This document shows positions 1-13,124 of a stretch of DNA of 64,000 nucleotides, one piece after another. A model generated the notes under the pieces. The model saw only the letters and a list, made by a program, of their open reading frames with translations, did not search any database and was not told where the DNA came from. Position 1 is the stretch's first letter. Each line of letters opens with the position of its first letter. Where the stretch lies: the NCBI GenBank assembly GCA_964016885.1, contig OZ024743.1:320478001-320542000 (forward strand), read 5' to 3'. Source of the DNA: Eledone cirrhosa. Lineage: Eukaryota. A program made the translations under genes and the position numbers.

Positions 1-1830
1 TATGGGATCTATCAAGGTTGAGTATGCAAGTTACTAATTTGTGATCCGAATAGCCAACCATGAGCATCTTTAGACAGCATAAAATTATCATTATTTCTAA
101 CTAGGACCCTATCTAGGTACGACCTAAATGATCCGCTGCAGTTTGCCCAAGTCAAGGTTGGCGCAGTCGGGAATTATTTTAGGAGGACCCGGTTAATGGG
201 TCCGACGCAGGGCGGGAGGCACGTCCTCTTTAAAATTGTATATGTCCTCTGGGACTTTTATCATTTTGAGGTGGGGGAAATCCCCTGCCTGGGTGAAGTT
301 AGGCCCTTCGGTTTCTACCAAATTATTATTATAAATAATGTTCAACAGTTTTTTGTTTCTTGTGTTTATGTATGTGTATGCATATTTTTGTGTGGTGTTT
401 TTTGTTTGCTGTTGTTGTGTGTTCTTTTGTGTTGATGTCTGTGTTATGTTTTGGGGAGGGTTGTTTTTATTTGTGTGTCTGAGGTATGTTTTCTTTTCTT
501 TCCTTTGACTTTTTGGAAATGCTCCCCCTCGTCTGACGACAAATGCGGATCGTCTTCCGTGTTGAGGGGAGGGGTACATTTTCGGGTAGTGTTTGCGGTG
601 CGGCTGTTTTGGAAATTGTTTCTTTTAGTGTGTGTGTGTGGTGGTGGGGGGGGGGACAGTATTTTGTTTTGTGTTAACTTGTGGTTGTTGTTTTTGTAGT
701 GGTCGTGGTGGTGATTGTGTTGGTTGTGTAGTTGTTGGTGGTGTGGGCAGAATTGGAGTTTTCTTTTTAAGTTGAGGACAGACAGCCTTCAGGTGACCTC
801 TGGTTCCACTGATGTAACACGAGGGCCGCCTTCCCTCAACGGTAATGTTTATAAAATTTCGGTCATCCAGTATGACGCGTTCGGGCATCTGGGCGATCCT
901 TTTGGGCCTCATTTGAACTAAAAGTTCGACGCCCGTTCCACTGAACGCGTCACCCGATACCTTTCCCATGGATATTAATATGTCATCGTTCAGGTCAAGA
1001 AAACCTGTTAACACCCACCATATGTCCATAATTGGAAGAATTGTGTGTATTTTTATTTTCTGTGACCTTCTACCCATGTATGTAGGGTAGAAGGTGTATG
1101 CGGTGGATGTAATAGGTTTACCGAAAGTTTTTTTGACGTGTCCTGATCCTTCATGAGAATGGATAGACTCCCATAGAGTCTATCCTTTTGTATGAACAGA
1201 ATGTCTTACATTACATCTTTTAAGACCATCTCTATCTCACTCTGTGATGGTTGAGCTGGTTTTTTCGTTTTATTTAACACTGACCTAAACATCACTGTGT
1301 TTAGGAGTAGCTGACTTTTTAGTTCCGGTGGGGGGGGATCGAGAATGATCCATTTTCCCCGTATACTATGTATTTTTTGGCTTCTGCAGTAGCTCATTAG
1401 CGTTGCTTATGTCTACTGGCAGGTATTCAAGGGTTGTTTTCGCAGTTTGGGCAAAGGAAATATTTTCCTTGTTCGTGGAGTTGTTCGTGTTGCTGTTGTT
1501 GTTGGTGGTGTTGTTGTTATCATTGTTGCTGTTGTTCTTGTTCTTTTTGTTGTCATTATTGTTGTTGTTGTTGTTGTTGTCCTTGTTGGTGTTGTTTATA
1601 TTTTGCATGTTATTGGTGTTTGTGTTAGTGTTGATGTTACAATCAACGTTCGACATCGTGTTTTCAAACGAAAATTTCACCCAGGGAGGGGTGAAGATGA
1701 GTTGACCCACCGTTTGAAAGTCCAGACGTGCGGTCGAGCTATAAAATAGTCTCAAATTTAACAATAAATGTTTTATTTCTTACTTAGAAAATCAACAAAA
1801 ACTTACCAGCGAACTGGCACACGTCTATCG
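1..1830 (-). mobile_element. Tx1-like LINE (copy Z): 5' UTR, broken ORF1 and, after an internal deletion near 185, the end of the APE endonuclease; runs off the window
   Basis: ORF pieces 1366-1764, 1206-1397, 625-1077 (VEGRRPSCYISGTRGHLKAVCP, degenerate zinc knuckle) and 193-579 resemble ORF1 of the other Tx1 copies. Bases 1-180 align by eye to 4735-4915 (SYLDRVLVRN..YSDHKLV). Confidence 0.8.
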
Positions 1831-1834
1831 AGGG

Positions 1835-1852
1835 AGATAGATAGATAGATAA

Positions 1853-1905
<53 letters not shown>

Positions 1906-1927
1906 GAGATAGATAGATAGATAGATA
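1835..1927. repeat. (AGAT)n microsatellite, forming the 3' tail/target of Tx1 copy A
   Basis: Direct read. On the minus strand it follows AATAAAGAAAC at the 3' end of the element. Confidence 0.95.
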
Positions 1928-4900
1928 TGTTTCTTTATTAGTCACAGGGGTACAAAAGAAGGGGACAAATACAAAGAGGGAAGTTTACATACAATAAAAA
2001 ACGTGTAAAATGTTATCGCGAATGCAATTTAAAAAGTTAGTCGATTTTCCCCAATAGGGGGAGACAGTTTATATGGGTAACACATACCCCCGAAAAAATG
2101 TGCAACCCTCATCTCCAGGAGTACGAAGACTTTGTACCCATTTCCACTCTTCCTCTTTTTCCTCAACCTACAGGCTGATATAGAAAGAAGGCTCATTCAC
2201 TCGGGCCATTCTCGCCACTTTCACTCACCTTTCATAAAACTTGCTGGGGTACAGCACCTCTCTCTCCATCCTGATTCTTCTTCCAAAGTGGTATTTGAAA
2301 AAAAGAATCAGTTGTTGGCCGGAGAGAAAGGTGCCTGACCTCATCCCTTTTAACCTCGTCCATCATACAACCTATTTCGCCATAGCTATCACACAAAGGA
2401 AAACCGCCCCTCTCCTTCGTTTTTGAAGGAGGGTGGCGGTTTGATCATGACAATGGACACGGTGGTCAACCGGGTAGGTATCACCCGGACAGATCTTTTT
2501 CGAAGGGTCCCTGCCCGGGCGCCCATGTCTGTAGAGCTTGTCTCGAACTGGTAGAGCTCGTCGGTAGCACTGCCAGGCCAGGGACCTTTGCAAGTTGTCC
2601 ATCGGTCCCGGGCGGAAGGTCCTACTGAACAGACGGGTCAGTTCGTCTTCCTCTACGCCTAGAGTTTCTCCGAACGCGTCGTCGCACTTGCTGCGTATCA
2701 ACCCTCTATAGAATGACGAAGTAGAGTCTCCACTGATCGCCGGGTCCACCTGCCATAGGGCTGTGAGCGCCTGAGCACATTCGATGTGCCAGTCGCACAT
2801 TTTCCTCGGTCTTTGCTTGATCCAGGACTGGAGCTCGGTCAGGTTGTCCGGTCAGGAATACGTAGAGATGCCGCAGCCTGAGTGCGTGTTTTCGCATCAT
2901 CAGCCACGTCATCCCCATCCCTCCGTTGGCAGGGTGTTTCCAGCAGATGGATCTTCTCACCAGAGGATCCCACTTCTTCCAAAGGAATTGGAAGAGCGCG
3001 TGCTCCATTTTGGTGATTGTTTCGGCTGGACAAGGCACGACGGTCAAGCGGTAGTAGATGACGGACGCTATAAAAGTGTTCGCCACCTCTGCTCGATCTT
3101 TCAAGGATAGTTTGCACTCTGCCCAGTTCTGGGTGAGTGCAAACACCTTGGCCGTCATCTCGTTCCAGTTTTTCTCCACCTGAAGGTCTGGACCGAACCA
3201 GACCCCGAGCAATTTCATCGGTCCGTCCGTCCAGCGTCCTTCGACGCTATCAGACGTCATCGGCTTGCCTCTCCACGTACCGAGTTGCAAACCGACAGAC
3301 TTGTCCGGGTTTAGTTTTGCTCACGTCAGCGTTTCGTATACCTTCAGTAAGGTGCCGACTTCCTCGATTTCCGAGGGGCTCGACACCATTACTGTGACGT
3401 CGTCGGCGTAGGCCGACGCCGCTTTTTGCAGTCCCGGTTCCGGTTCTAGAGAGATTCCCTGCAATAGCTCCAACTTCCGCAGTAGTGGCTCGAGTGTCAG
3501 TACATACAGAAGGGAGGAGACAGCGCATCTCTGTCGGATGGATCGCGTGATATGGAACGGCTCCGAGAGGTAGCCATTCACCTTGATCCTTGAGCAGATG
3601 TTGCTGTTGTGCATTGCAGCAATCCAGTCCCTGAACACGGGTCCGAAGCCTGCCGCCTCGAGCACCGCATCCAGGTAATGATTGTCAAACCTACCGAAAG
3701 CCTTAGACTGATCCAAGTTGATCAAGGCCCCACCGAAGCCAGGTTTACACCCACCCTCTCTAGGATGTATCGCATGAGGTGGAGGTTGTCGTGTATAGAC
3801 CTGGTCGGGATTGCGCATGTCTGCGCTTCTCCCACCAGGTTTTCGACGACAAGCGCCAGCCTCTTTGCCAACACCTTGGCCAAAATCTGTAACTCTGTTT
3901 TTAGCAAAGTTATGGGCGGGAAGTTGCCTATGTCATCCCCCTTATTCTCGAATTTCGTGGCTAGTGTGTCTACGTCCCTGGTCACAGAACTCAGAATTCT
4001 CCCGTCATGCTGCCAGTTTCAGGAGACTGGAGAACAAGTCCGGTATTGCTACGTAAAATTCGTAGGGTAGACCGTCGAGACCTGGAGATTTGCGCTTGCC
4101 GCATTGGCTCACCGCGTCCTATATCTCAGCGGCTGAAATCGGCTTTTCGCAGAACTTCGCCCTGCCGTCGGATAGTCGCGGTAGGCCGTCGAGGTATAGA
4201 CCGAAATCCATAGCACCTCCCGGCGCGCCGCCCTGCCCGAACAGCTGAGCAAAGTGCCGCTGAAAGGCCGCGCACATCTGCTTCGGCTCACGTATCACGC
4301 GTCCGTCTTGGTCCTTCAAAGACCGAATCGTGCACTTGTTTCCACTTTTCCCCTCCGTCACGCGGGCCCAGTTAACAGCTTTGGCTCCCTCGTACCCAGA
4401 GCACGTATTTTGCTTCTGACAACGCAACCCTTGTGCTTTGCGTCGAAGAACTGGTCCAAGGCCGTTCTCGTTGCTACCACACTGGCTACGTTGCCACTTC
4501 TAATTGTCTCTTCTACTTTATCTACCTGTTCCTTCTCGGTCCTATTTCTATCTAACGCTAATTCTTTACTAAAAACTAACGAGTCTAATGTAACTGCCAT
4601 CTTGAGAGAGTACCACCATCTGTTGTTGACAGTGGCCCCTGTCAAGTGTTCTTTAACTAAAGTGCTAATCCGTCTACTGTAGGCTTTGCATGTCGGTAAG
4701 GACAAGTTCAGCTTCCAGTAGTCGGGTCCTTGTCTATGGGTTCTATCAAGGTTGACCATGCAGGTCACTAGTTTGTGATCTGAATAAGCAACCATGAACA
4801 TTTGTGGACAGATTAACATGTCCCTATCCTTATTTCTAACTAGAACCCTATCTAGGTACGATCTAGATGTTCCGCTACGATTAGTCCACGTCCACAGTTG

Positions 4901-5794
4901 CACAGTCGGAAAATCTATATCGGCCAGGTCAAATCGGCCAATTAACTGTTTGGGGTTGTTACCCCCCCCCATTATAGGGACATGCGCCCACATAGTCCCA
5001 ACGTGCATCTAGGATTCCATTCCAGTCCCCCACTAAAAGCAAGGAGCGGCACGTTCCCAGAAAAGTCTCTAGACGTTTGAAGATGTCTGGACGCGGTGTC
5101 CCGGATGGGGCATATGCGGCCACCAGCCTGAAGGCTCCACCTTCACCACCGTCGACGTCTAGGACCACCAGTCGAGCCTCCAGGTCCAGATGTACCGTCT
5201 GTGTTACGAGGTCCAGGTGTTTCAGCAGCAAAACGGCAACCCTGCCCCCACCTCCCGGCTGACAGAGAGATGCGTAGATCTGAAAGTCATCGAAGATGTG
5301 GGCCAGATGTCGCTCGCTGTGGATCCTGGACTCGCAAATGGCTACTACATCCATAGTGCGCGACCTGAGATCGTTTAAGAGTTTGACCTGTTTCCAGGAC
5401 TTCCCCAGGCGGCGTACGTTCACACATCCAACTCTTATGTTAGCCATGTTGGTGCTGAAAAGTTAAAAGAAGAGGAAAAGAAATCACTCACTTTTTCGTC
5501 TCCAGGGGACCAGGCTGCACGATTTCCATGGGGGTGTTGGAGGGGTTGTCTGGGTGGGTGGTGATTTCCGGCGGGGTGGGGACAGAGATGTTTGGTGGGG
5601 AGGGGTGCCTGGTGGGATGGGGGTGTCTGGGGTGGGGAGACATTTGAGAAGGACGCGGTTAAGTGGTTTAATGCAGGAATTCCCCACATCCTTTTCAAAT
5701 GTTTCTTTTAGGGACCTATAAGTTTGTATAGGGACCCTAATCAGCTTTTTGTTATTTTTAATAGAGTGGGTGAAAGTTTTCCCTTCAAAGGTTA
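1928..5794 (-). mobile_element. Tx1-like LINE (copy A), 5'-truncated within ORF1; ORF2 (APE-RT) pseudogene from ATG 5447 to ~2170
   Basis: APE motifs (GCVNVRRL, AICESR, LLVGDWN, YLDRVLV, YSDH) and RT motifs (PITLL, LDQSKAF, AYADDV, KLLGVWFG) spread over frameshifted ORFs. 3' UTR has AATAAA. Confidence 0.92.
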
Positions 5795-6418
5795 CTTATT
5801 ACTAATTATATCTAATGTTTCTTCTCTCTTCATAATGTACTTTATAGCTCTGATACTGAATCAGTCTAATCCATTCGGATAGTTCTGTCCCAGTTATTCA
5901 TAGAGCAACATCGGTTGAGGTTGACACCACTAACACAGGGATATGTGTGGATATATTCATGTATATGTATGTGTCCGCATGTATCTGTGTGTTTCTCTCT
6001 ATATATTGTTTATAACTCCCTTTGGTCGAGTAACCTTTGAAGTGTAGTGACTGCTGGATAGCTACCATTACTGATACTTCTCGCCTCCTCAAACCACCTC
6101 TTCTACGGCTTTGATATGAATACCCCCTCAGCCTCCGTGGTATTTTTTTCAGGGTTATAAGGGGCTTAGCTCTGTTTCTTGACCGCTGTATCACGTTATT
6201 GACTCTCCCTCCGCCTTTTCGAGATTCTATCTCGCGCATTGCAGATAATGAGATATCCCCTTGATAAGTCGGCAGAACCTCACAAAAACTCTATATCTCT
6301 ATGATCTAGTGTTTTTACATAATATGCCACCAAACTACGTAGTCGGGGACTGAAGAACCAGCTAGGTATGATATATCTTATTACTAATTATATCTAATGT
6401 TTCTTCTCTCTTCATAAT

Positions 6419-6423
<5 letters not shown>
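5795..6423 (+). mobile_element. Small non-coding HHR-bearing element with a 47-bp terminal direct repeat (period 582), retrozyme/pLTR-like
   Basis: 5795-5841 is repeated at 6377-6423, followed by (TA)n. Internal HHR-like fold at 6256-6349. Confidence 0.6.
6256..6349 (+). ncRNA. Type I hammerhead-like motif, U3:A8 core, long stem II, G12 changed to C (probably inactive)
   Basis: UCCCC-UUGAUAA-GUCGGCA...UGCCAC-CAAA-CUACGUAG-UC-GGGGA. Stem III is palindromic (ACUACGUAGU). Confidence 0.6.
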
Positions 6424-6466
<43 letters not shown>

Positions 6467-6778
6467 AAGATCGGAATTAAGAGTATTCTGCAGTTCACTG
6501 TAATAATAATAATAGTATTAGCTCAAAGAAGAATAGAGAATTTTCTTCTGAGCTCAAATGCAAATATCTTACACAAAGAGAAGTGTGTTACACAGTGAGA
6601 TGTGTGTAAATAATTATGACAAGTGAGTTTTAATGTTACTGTATAGAGAACAATATCTACAGGTTTAACAATTAAATACAAAAAAACTAAGTCAGAATCA
6701 AATCTCTGAATTAGAGTTTTAAATTACCAACCTTATAACTATAAGTTTGCTGATACGAATCTCAAACAACAATATATA

Positions 6779-7726
6779 TATAAGGAAAATAAATCGAAAA
6801 TGCAAATGGAATCTTTTTAAGAATATTTATTTGTTTCCTTTACCGGTTTCACAGTTCTTATGCTTTTCAAAAGTAGAATTGAGATGGAGAGTTTGTGGTT
6901 TTTCTCAGATGTTACTTCTGTTTTATGTGGAAAAAAGTGACTCGAATTGCTAGTTTTCTTTCTTATATTTTGGTTGGTTGATGACTGTCACGTGAATAAG
7001 TACATCAACTTTCGCGCCAGTCGCGTTTGAGGGTTCTTTAGTGTCATTTTCACTTTAAAAAAGTGGCTCAAATTATTGTTTTTATAAGTGTAATTTGGTT
7101 GGTTGATGACTGCCACGTGAATAAGTATATTAAATTTCGTTTCAAACAAAATATAATGTACAAGAAAAGGGAAGAGGAGAAAACGTTCAGTGAGCATGGC
7201 TAATGTGCTGAGGTATCAAAATTCAGACTTTCTATTGAAATAAATTGAATGTTTGTGTCGAGAGCGGTGGTTGTGGCGGCAGAGTAGAAAATAGAGATAT
7301 ATATTTTTATTTGTGTGCGGATGTGTGTTTGTGTGTATGTATGTGTGTAATGAGTGTGTGTGTGTATGTGTGTGTGTGTGTAGGAAAATGATTCTATTAG
7401 TTGAAATGGAGAAAGATGTTATGTTTGTGTGTGTATGTGTGCGGTATGGTGAGCATGTTAAGGTGTTAAAATATTAACGTATGTTGAAGTATATTCAGCT
7501 CTTGTCCTTTATTTTCGAATATAAAATAGGGTGTTATGTGTGTGTATGTATGTGTCTGTGTGGATGGTTAGCATGTTATGGTGTTAATATATTAATGTAT
7601 ATTAAACCATATTTAATTCTGGTCTATATTTTTGAATAAACATATTTTCCTTATTTATTCGTATTTGGTCTGTTGTATTGTCAGTGCGAAGATAGAGTGG
7701 GAAGACTTGGAATTTGGGTGTCTTAT
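6779..7726 (-). repeat. 3' pseudo-LTR of PLE-A
   Basis: Near-identical to 11040-11997; includes the GIY-YIG C-terminus and 3' UTR. Confidence 0.9.
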
Positions 7727-10700
7727 CTCTTGCGCATATGTCTAGATGTACACTGAGTGGTCTTGAGGTATAGTCTCGTAATTGTTGACGATGAATTGTC
7801 ATTCTGTTTCTGAGCATGAGTTTAGTTTGACCTATATAATCTTCATTGCATCCTTTACATTTAATGGCATAAAGTACATTTTTTGATGTGCAAGTGAAGT
7901 GACTTTTCACAACAAAATGTTGTCCTGATTGAAATGTATACATGGTACCTTCAATGAGGAGAGTACAAGTTTCGTAATTAGAGGGACCACACTTTTTGAC
8001 AGTTGGTTGTGGGGTTGTGGTGGGTAAATTGGCATTGGTGAGTAATGTTTTTTAGTGATTTAGGTTTTCTTTTGCTTTTGATTATTTTGTGTTTCAGGTA
8101 CTTTTTTCATTCTTGGGTCTTGTCGCAATAGTGGGATGTTCTTGTGAATAATTTTATATGCTTCCGTATTTCTTGGGTTGTGTGTTGAGATATATGATAG
8201 AATATTGGACGTACCTTAAATTTGTTTTTGTTTTCGTAATTCATCAATGACTATTGCTTTAGCCCTTTCTATTCCCTTATCTGATAGTAACGGTGGGTAC
8301 TGTCTTTCGAGCAGAATTTCCTTTAATTCTTGAAGTCTTTTATTTCGCGTTTCATAATTGGAGACAATTGTGCAAATTCTTCTTGCTATATTAAAAGGGG
8401 CGTTCGTCTTCGTGTGCTTTGGATGGCTGGAGGTGAAGAGCAGGTATTTCTTGGAATCTGTTAGTTTTTAATGGATGTCAGTTTCAATATTTGTGTCTTT
8501 TTTTATGATTAAGATGTCCAGAAATGGGAGTTGGTCTTGACTGTATTCCATTGTAAATTGGATGTGGTTATTGATGCTGTTAATTAAATTGTTGGAATCA
8601 TTTAGTTGGTCGAGTGTGTGAGACCATAGAATAAGACAGTCATCCAAGTTGCGTTTCCAATTCTCTGATAAATATTTATGGAAGTTCAAGACGTATTTTG
8701 ATTTGGAATTACAAGTATGCCATGACTAAGTTAGCGTAAGTTGGAACGACTTTTGTACCCATCGCAGTCCCCGATATTTGTTTGTAAATGCTGCCATCAA
8801 AATCAAAAAAGTTGTTCTGTGAAATAAATTTTAATCCCTCGGTGATGAAGCCTTTTTCTATTCTGTCCGGTATCTCATTGGGGAATTTTTCTAGCCAGAA
8901 TCCTATTGCTTCTAGTCCGTGTTGGTGTGGGATCGTCGTGTAGAGATTCACTACATCGAAAGACACAATAATAGTGTCGTTGCTGACATGTTTGGGGAGG
9001 TGGTTTAAGAGGTCCAAGTCGTCTCTTACAAGGCTTAGTATGTGTTTGAGAATTGGTTTTAGTAGTATGTCTATAAAGTTGCTCCTTCTGTGAGTTTCAC
9101 ATTGTGTGCCCGCTACATTTGGTCTTAATTTAAGATCAGTGGGGTGTTGTGTGTTTACACAGGTTGAGGTGGATTCTTTACAGGCATCGTTAATTGTTTT
9201 ACACTTGTGGATCTTCGGAAGTCCGTAAAGGTTGATGGTTTTGTATTCAAATGTGTTACATAATCGCGTTCCTTTTTAGTTCTCTTTCTGGTATTGACAA
9301 ATGAATGCGTTTAATCTGGTCACCTTTTTTGATTGCTGGTAGTTGTTTACTTTTTCATAGTAGTTAGTGTCTTGTAAGAGAGAGAATATAGAATTTTTAT
9401 ACTGTTCAGCATCCATAATGATGACAGTACTTCCCTTGTACGCTTCCTTAATTACAATGTCAATATTGTTTTTTTAATGTATGGATAATTTCCCATTCCC
9501 TTCGGCTAGTGTTGGGTTTGGGTTTAGATTGTGGTAGTTCATGGTATGGGAAAGTTGATACGTGGTTACAACATTTGTCAAGAACTCTGTTCCTGCCCTT
9601 TGTTGGGTTGTAGCTGCTTTTATTCAGTACAATTGATTGTTCGTTAGTCTCCTTATCAAAACATTCCTCTGTTTGACTAATTTTCTACAGAAGTCTGAAA
9701 TATCATCGTTTATCTCATTGAGGTTAGAGTATTGAGGTGTTTGTGTGAATTTCAGTCTCTTTGAGAGAATTTTAATTTCTTGGGCTGAGAAGTTTGAAAT
9801 TGAAAGATTGGCTATTTTCGGTTTTTCTAAATCGGTTTGTGCCACCAGATGTCGTGGGTCCTGTAGCCTTGGTCTAAAAAATGATTTTTCTGAAATGTTT
9901 ATTCATGTGTATTACTATATCTAATGGCATTTTCCCTGTTGTTGTGTGGTCTTGTATAGAAGTTTCGGACGTATTGAGGTTCGGTTTGTTGATGGTCCGG
10001 ATTCTAATTTTTGTTCCGTTGTGTGGGTTGGAATCTATGATTTTAGAACAGGTTCTGTGTGGTTTGGGGTCTACGGTTTTGGAACAGGTTTTGTGTGGGA
10101 TGTGATCAGCGGATCGGGTCCTGTCTTGTGTGAAGGGGCATTTAGGTTTTTTTTAGTAAGGTTAAAGTTTTGTCTATGGATTCTTGGATTATCGTCATAT
10201 TTTTTCTGGGGGTATGTTGGATATTTTGTTGCTTTTTTTGTTGTTTGTTATGAGTTTGGTGTGTGAATTTCATTTTGTTTTAAAAATGGGGTACCTGTAT
10301 GGTGTTTGTTTTTGAAAATAATTTCGTAGTTGTTGAAGCAAGTGGCGTTTTTATTCCCATCGTTAAAAGGATGTTGGTTCTTCGTCCTCACAATTTTCTT
10401 ACCAAAGTTTGAAGCTTTTTTTCATAGAGTAGGCCTTCGGAGTGCGTTGAGATTTCGGTTTCCATCTGTTGGTCGAGTAACTTGAATTTTTCTTCGTTGG
10501 AGTTGGCTCTTAACCGCAACAGTTCTATTTCTATTTTAAACTTTTCTAAGGCCATCTTTTCCCTAAGATTTGTTGGTTTTCTGGTTCATTCGGGATGGGT
10601 TTTATTTGGAGTTTTTTGGGGAGGATGATTGGGGTAGAGTTTAGCCACGTTTCATATATATCTACTTTTCCATTATTTTTTAGGAGATTCCAAAAGACAA

Positions 10701-11039
10701 ATTTGCGAGCTGTGAGCTTTTGAGTCCATATATGGTTTAGGGTGTTTTTCAATGAGTGGACTTCTCGTAGATGGGTTCTAATGGTTGTTCCAGATTTTGG
10801 AGCATTGCTGTTTCAATTATTTTGATCAGTTTGGTATATGTTGGAGTAATATCCGTCTCTTGGGTATTTTCTCCTTTTTCATGGAGTCCTTTTTTGTAGA
10901 TATGTATTTGGTCTACTTTGTTCATTTAAGATGTCCTTGTTGAGACTTTGGTGGCATTGTCGGTCCCCGTGTGGTGGGTGTGAGTAAGAAAGTGAGTGGG
11001 GGGTAAAGAAAAAAGTGAGATGTCCTACACGAGTGAAAG

Positions 11040-11997
11040 TATAAGGAAAAGAAATCGAAAATGCAACTGGAATTTTTTTAAGAATATTTATTTTTTTCCT
11101 TTACCGGTTTCACAGTTCTTATGCTTTTCAAAAGTAGAATTGAGATGGAGGGTTTGTGGTTTTTCTCAGATCTTACTTCTGTTTTATGTGGAAAAAAGTG
11201 GCTCGAATTGCTTGGTTTTTCTTTTTTAATAATTTGCTTGGTTGATGACTGTCACGTGAATAAGTACATCAACTTTGGCGCCAGTTCGCGTTACAAAGTT
11301 TTAAAAAAATGGCTCAAATCTTTGTTTTTTTCTTATAAAAGTGAAATTTGGTTAGTTGATGACTGTCATGGGAATAAATACATCAACTTTCGCGCCAGTT
11401 CGTATTTGACATTTTCACAGTCACATGATTTGTCATAGAGGGTTTTGTGCCAAACAAAAAATAATGGTCAAGAAAAGTGATGAGGAGAAATCGTTCTGGT
11501 TCAGTGAGTATGGCTGATGTGCTGAGATGTCAAAATTCAGACTTTCTATTGAAATAAATTGAATGATTGTGTCGATAGCGGTGGTGCTGGCGGCAGGGTA
11601 GAAAATAGAGATAATTATTTTTATTTGTGTGCGGATGTGTGTTTGTGTGTGTGTGTGTAGGAAAATGATTCCATTAGTAGAAATGGAGGGGGGTGTTATG
11701 TTTGTGTGTGAGGTATGGTTAACCTGTAAAGGTGTTTAAATATTAACGTATGTTGAAGTATATTTAGCTCTGGTCTTTTATTTTCGAACATAGAAGAGGG
11801 TGTTATGTGTGTGTGTATGTATGTGTCTGTGTGGATGGGTAGCATGTTATAGTGTTAATATGTTAATGTATATTAAACTATATTTAATGCTGGTCTATAT
11901 TTTTGAATAAACATATTTTCCTTATTTATTCGTATTTAGTCTGTTGTATTGTCAGTGCAAAGATAAAGTGGGGCGACTTGGAATTTGGGTGTCTTAT
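11040..11997 (-). repeat. 5' pseudo-LTR of PLE-A
   Basis: Direct repeat of 6779-7726. Confidence 0.9.
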
Positions 11998-12009
11998 GAT
12001 AGATCATTT

Positions 12010-13050
12010 TAGTGCTTACGAATTACTTTTGAGATATATATTTTTTTGTCATTCCTCTTAGCACGGCGTTTCTCCGACTGTCATTTCAAATATTGATCTT
12101 GTTATAATCTCTTTTTATTGAAACAACTTTTCATAAAATAATTGTATACGAAAACTATTTTGTAAAATTAGTTTAACTATAGTGCATCTTTAAATATACA
12201 ATGATTTGAATGTAGTATCAAATAAAGATCACGCCTGAAATTTTAATTTTGAAATAAAGAGCAACAGTCTTTCCAATCCTTGACAATTTTATCTTTATTT
12301 CTTTATCAGATTATAGTGACCTGTTTATTGTTATGTACCGTGTTTGTTATATGCTTATATCTCTTCTTCCCCTATTTCATGTCGAAAGTTTGGCATGCTA
12401 GTGTTTATATATTCAGACTTGGTAAATGTGGGAAGCCGGAAATGATGTAGTTAACCGTGTCATTGTGCTGGTTGTACATTCTGCATTTGTTGTTAAGATC
12501 CGTTTTCATTGTCGTGTTCCTATATTTCATTGGGGTCAAACATTAGTCGTGTATTGTGAAAATGAATCCTGTTTTTCCCGTTAGTTCGTAGCTTCTGAAT
12601 CATTCTTGTCATTAACTTTGACTTGCTTTTTCTCTTTCAAGCCTTATCGAGATTTGGTCGCGGTGTGGCTTTTCTCACCGTTTCTCCTTTATTATGTATT
12701 GTAAATCCGTTTTCATGCTATATTTCGGCACTAAATTTGTTTATTGTATTTTTATCTAAATTGTTTCAGCGTTGTTTGTTTCTGCTTTCTAATTTGTTGT
12801 TAGCTTGTATATATAAAAACGTTCTTTCGTTATCACATTTATCCGTGTTCCTCTATATGTTTCTAATATTTTTTCTATTCAATCAGTTGTTATTTTGTAG
12901 TAGGTTTTGTGTCGCTTCGGTACACGATCAATTGTTTACGTGTTTCTTTTTCTATCTAAATTTTCAACTCAGCTTTCAGAGGTTTTAGTCTATTAGATAT
13001 GTCGACTAAACTATCAGAAGATCCGCCATTCGGACAGTTCTCTGCTAACA
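12010..13050 (-). pseudogene. Very degraded R4/Dong-like RT C-terminus and zinc-knuckle remnant
   Basis: Manual translation near 12410-12500 gives NNKCRMYNQHNDTVNYIISGFPHL, resembling CRxC..ETVxHIxSxCxxL. Boundaries are uncertain. Confidence 0.4.
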
Positions 13051-13124
13051 TGTGTAGTGTGCGTATTGGTATTATATGCATGTAGATATGATATGTAAAT
13101 TGAAAAGGAAATTGACAATATCTT

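Larger units (their letters stand above)
6465..11997 (-). mobile_element. Neptune-type Penelope-like element (PLE-A), degraded, partial-tandem structure
   Basis: RT motifs (FDVVNLYTTIP, GTAMGTKVVPTYANL, RNLDDC, LPFLDI), GIY-YIG ORF 7602-7943 (VLYAIKC..YIGQT..RNRMTIH), upstream ORF1-like fragments (10546-10752), and direct repeats 6779-7726 / 11040-11997. Confidence 0.92.

Noticed and set aside
1403-1749. Poly-Leu/Val/Cys 'membrane-like' ORFs (also 21161-21427, 35098-35289, 47756-48038)
   Set aside because: Antisense or off-frame readings of trinucleotide tracts.
6969-7010. TTGATGA..GAAT hairpin in the PLE-A pLTR as a hammerhead
   Set aside because: It is antisense to the element, has no proper stem II or GAAA, and is not conserved in PLE-B.
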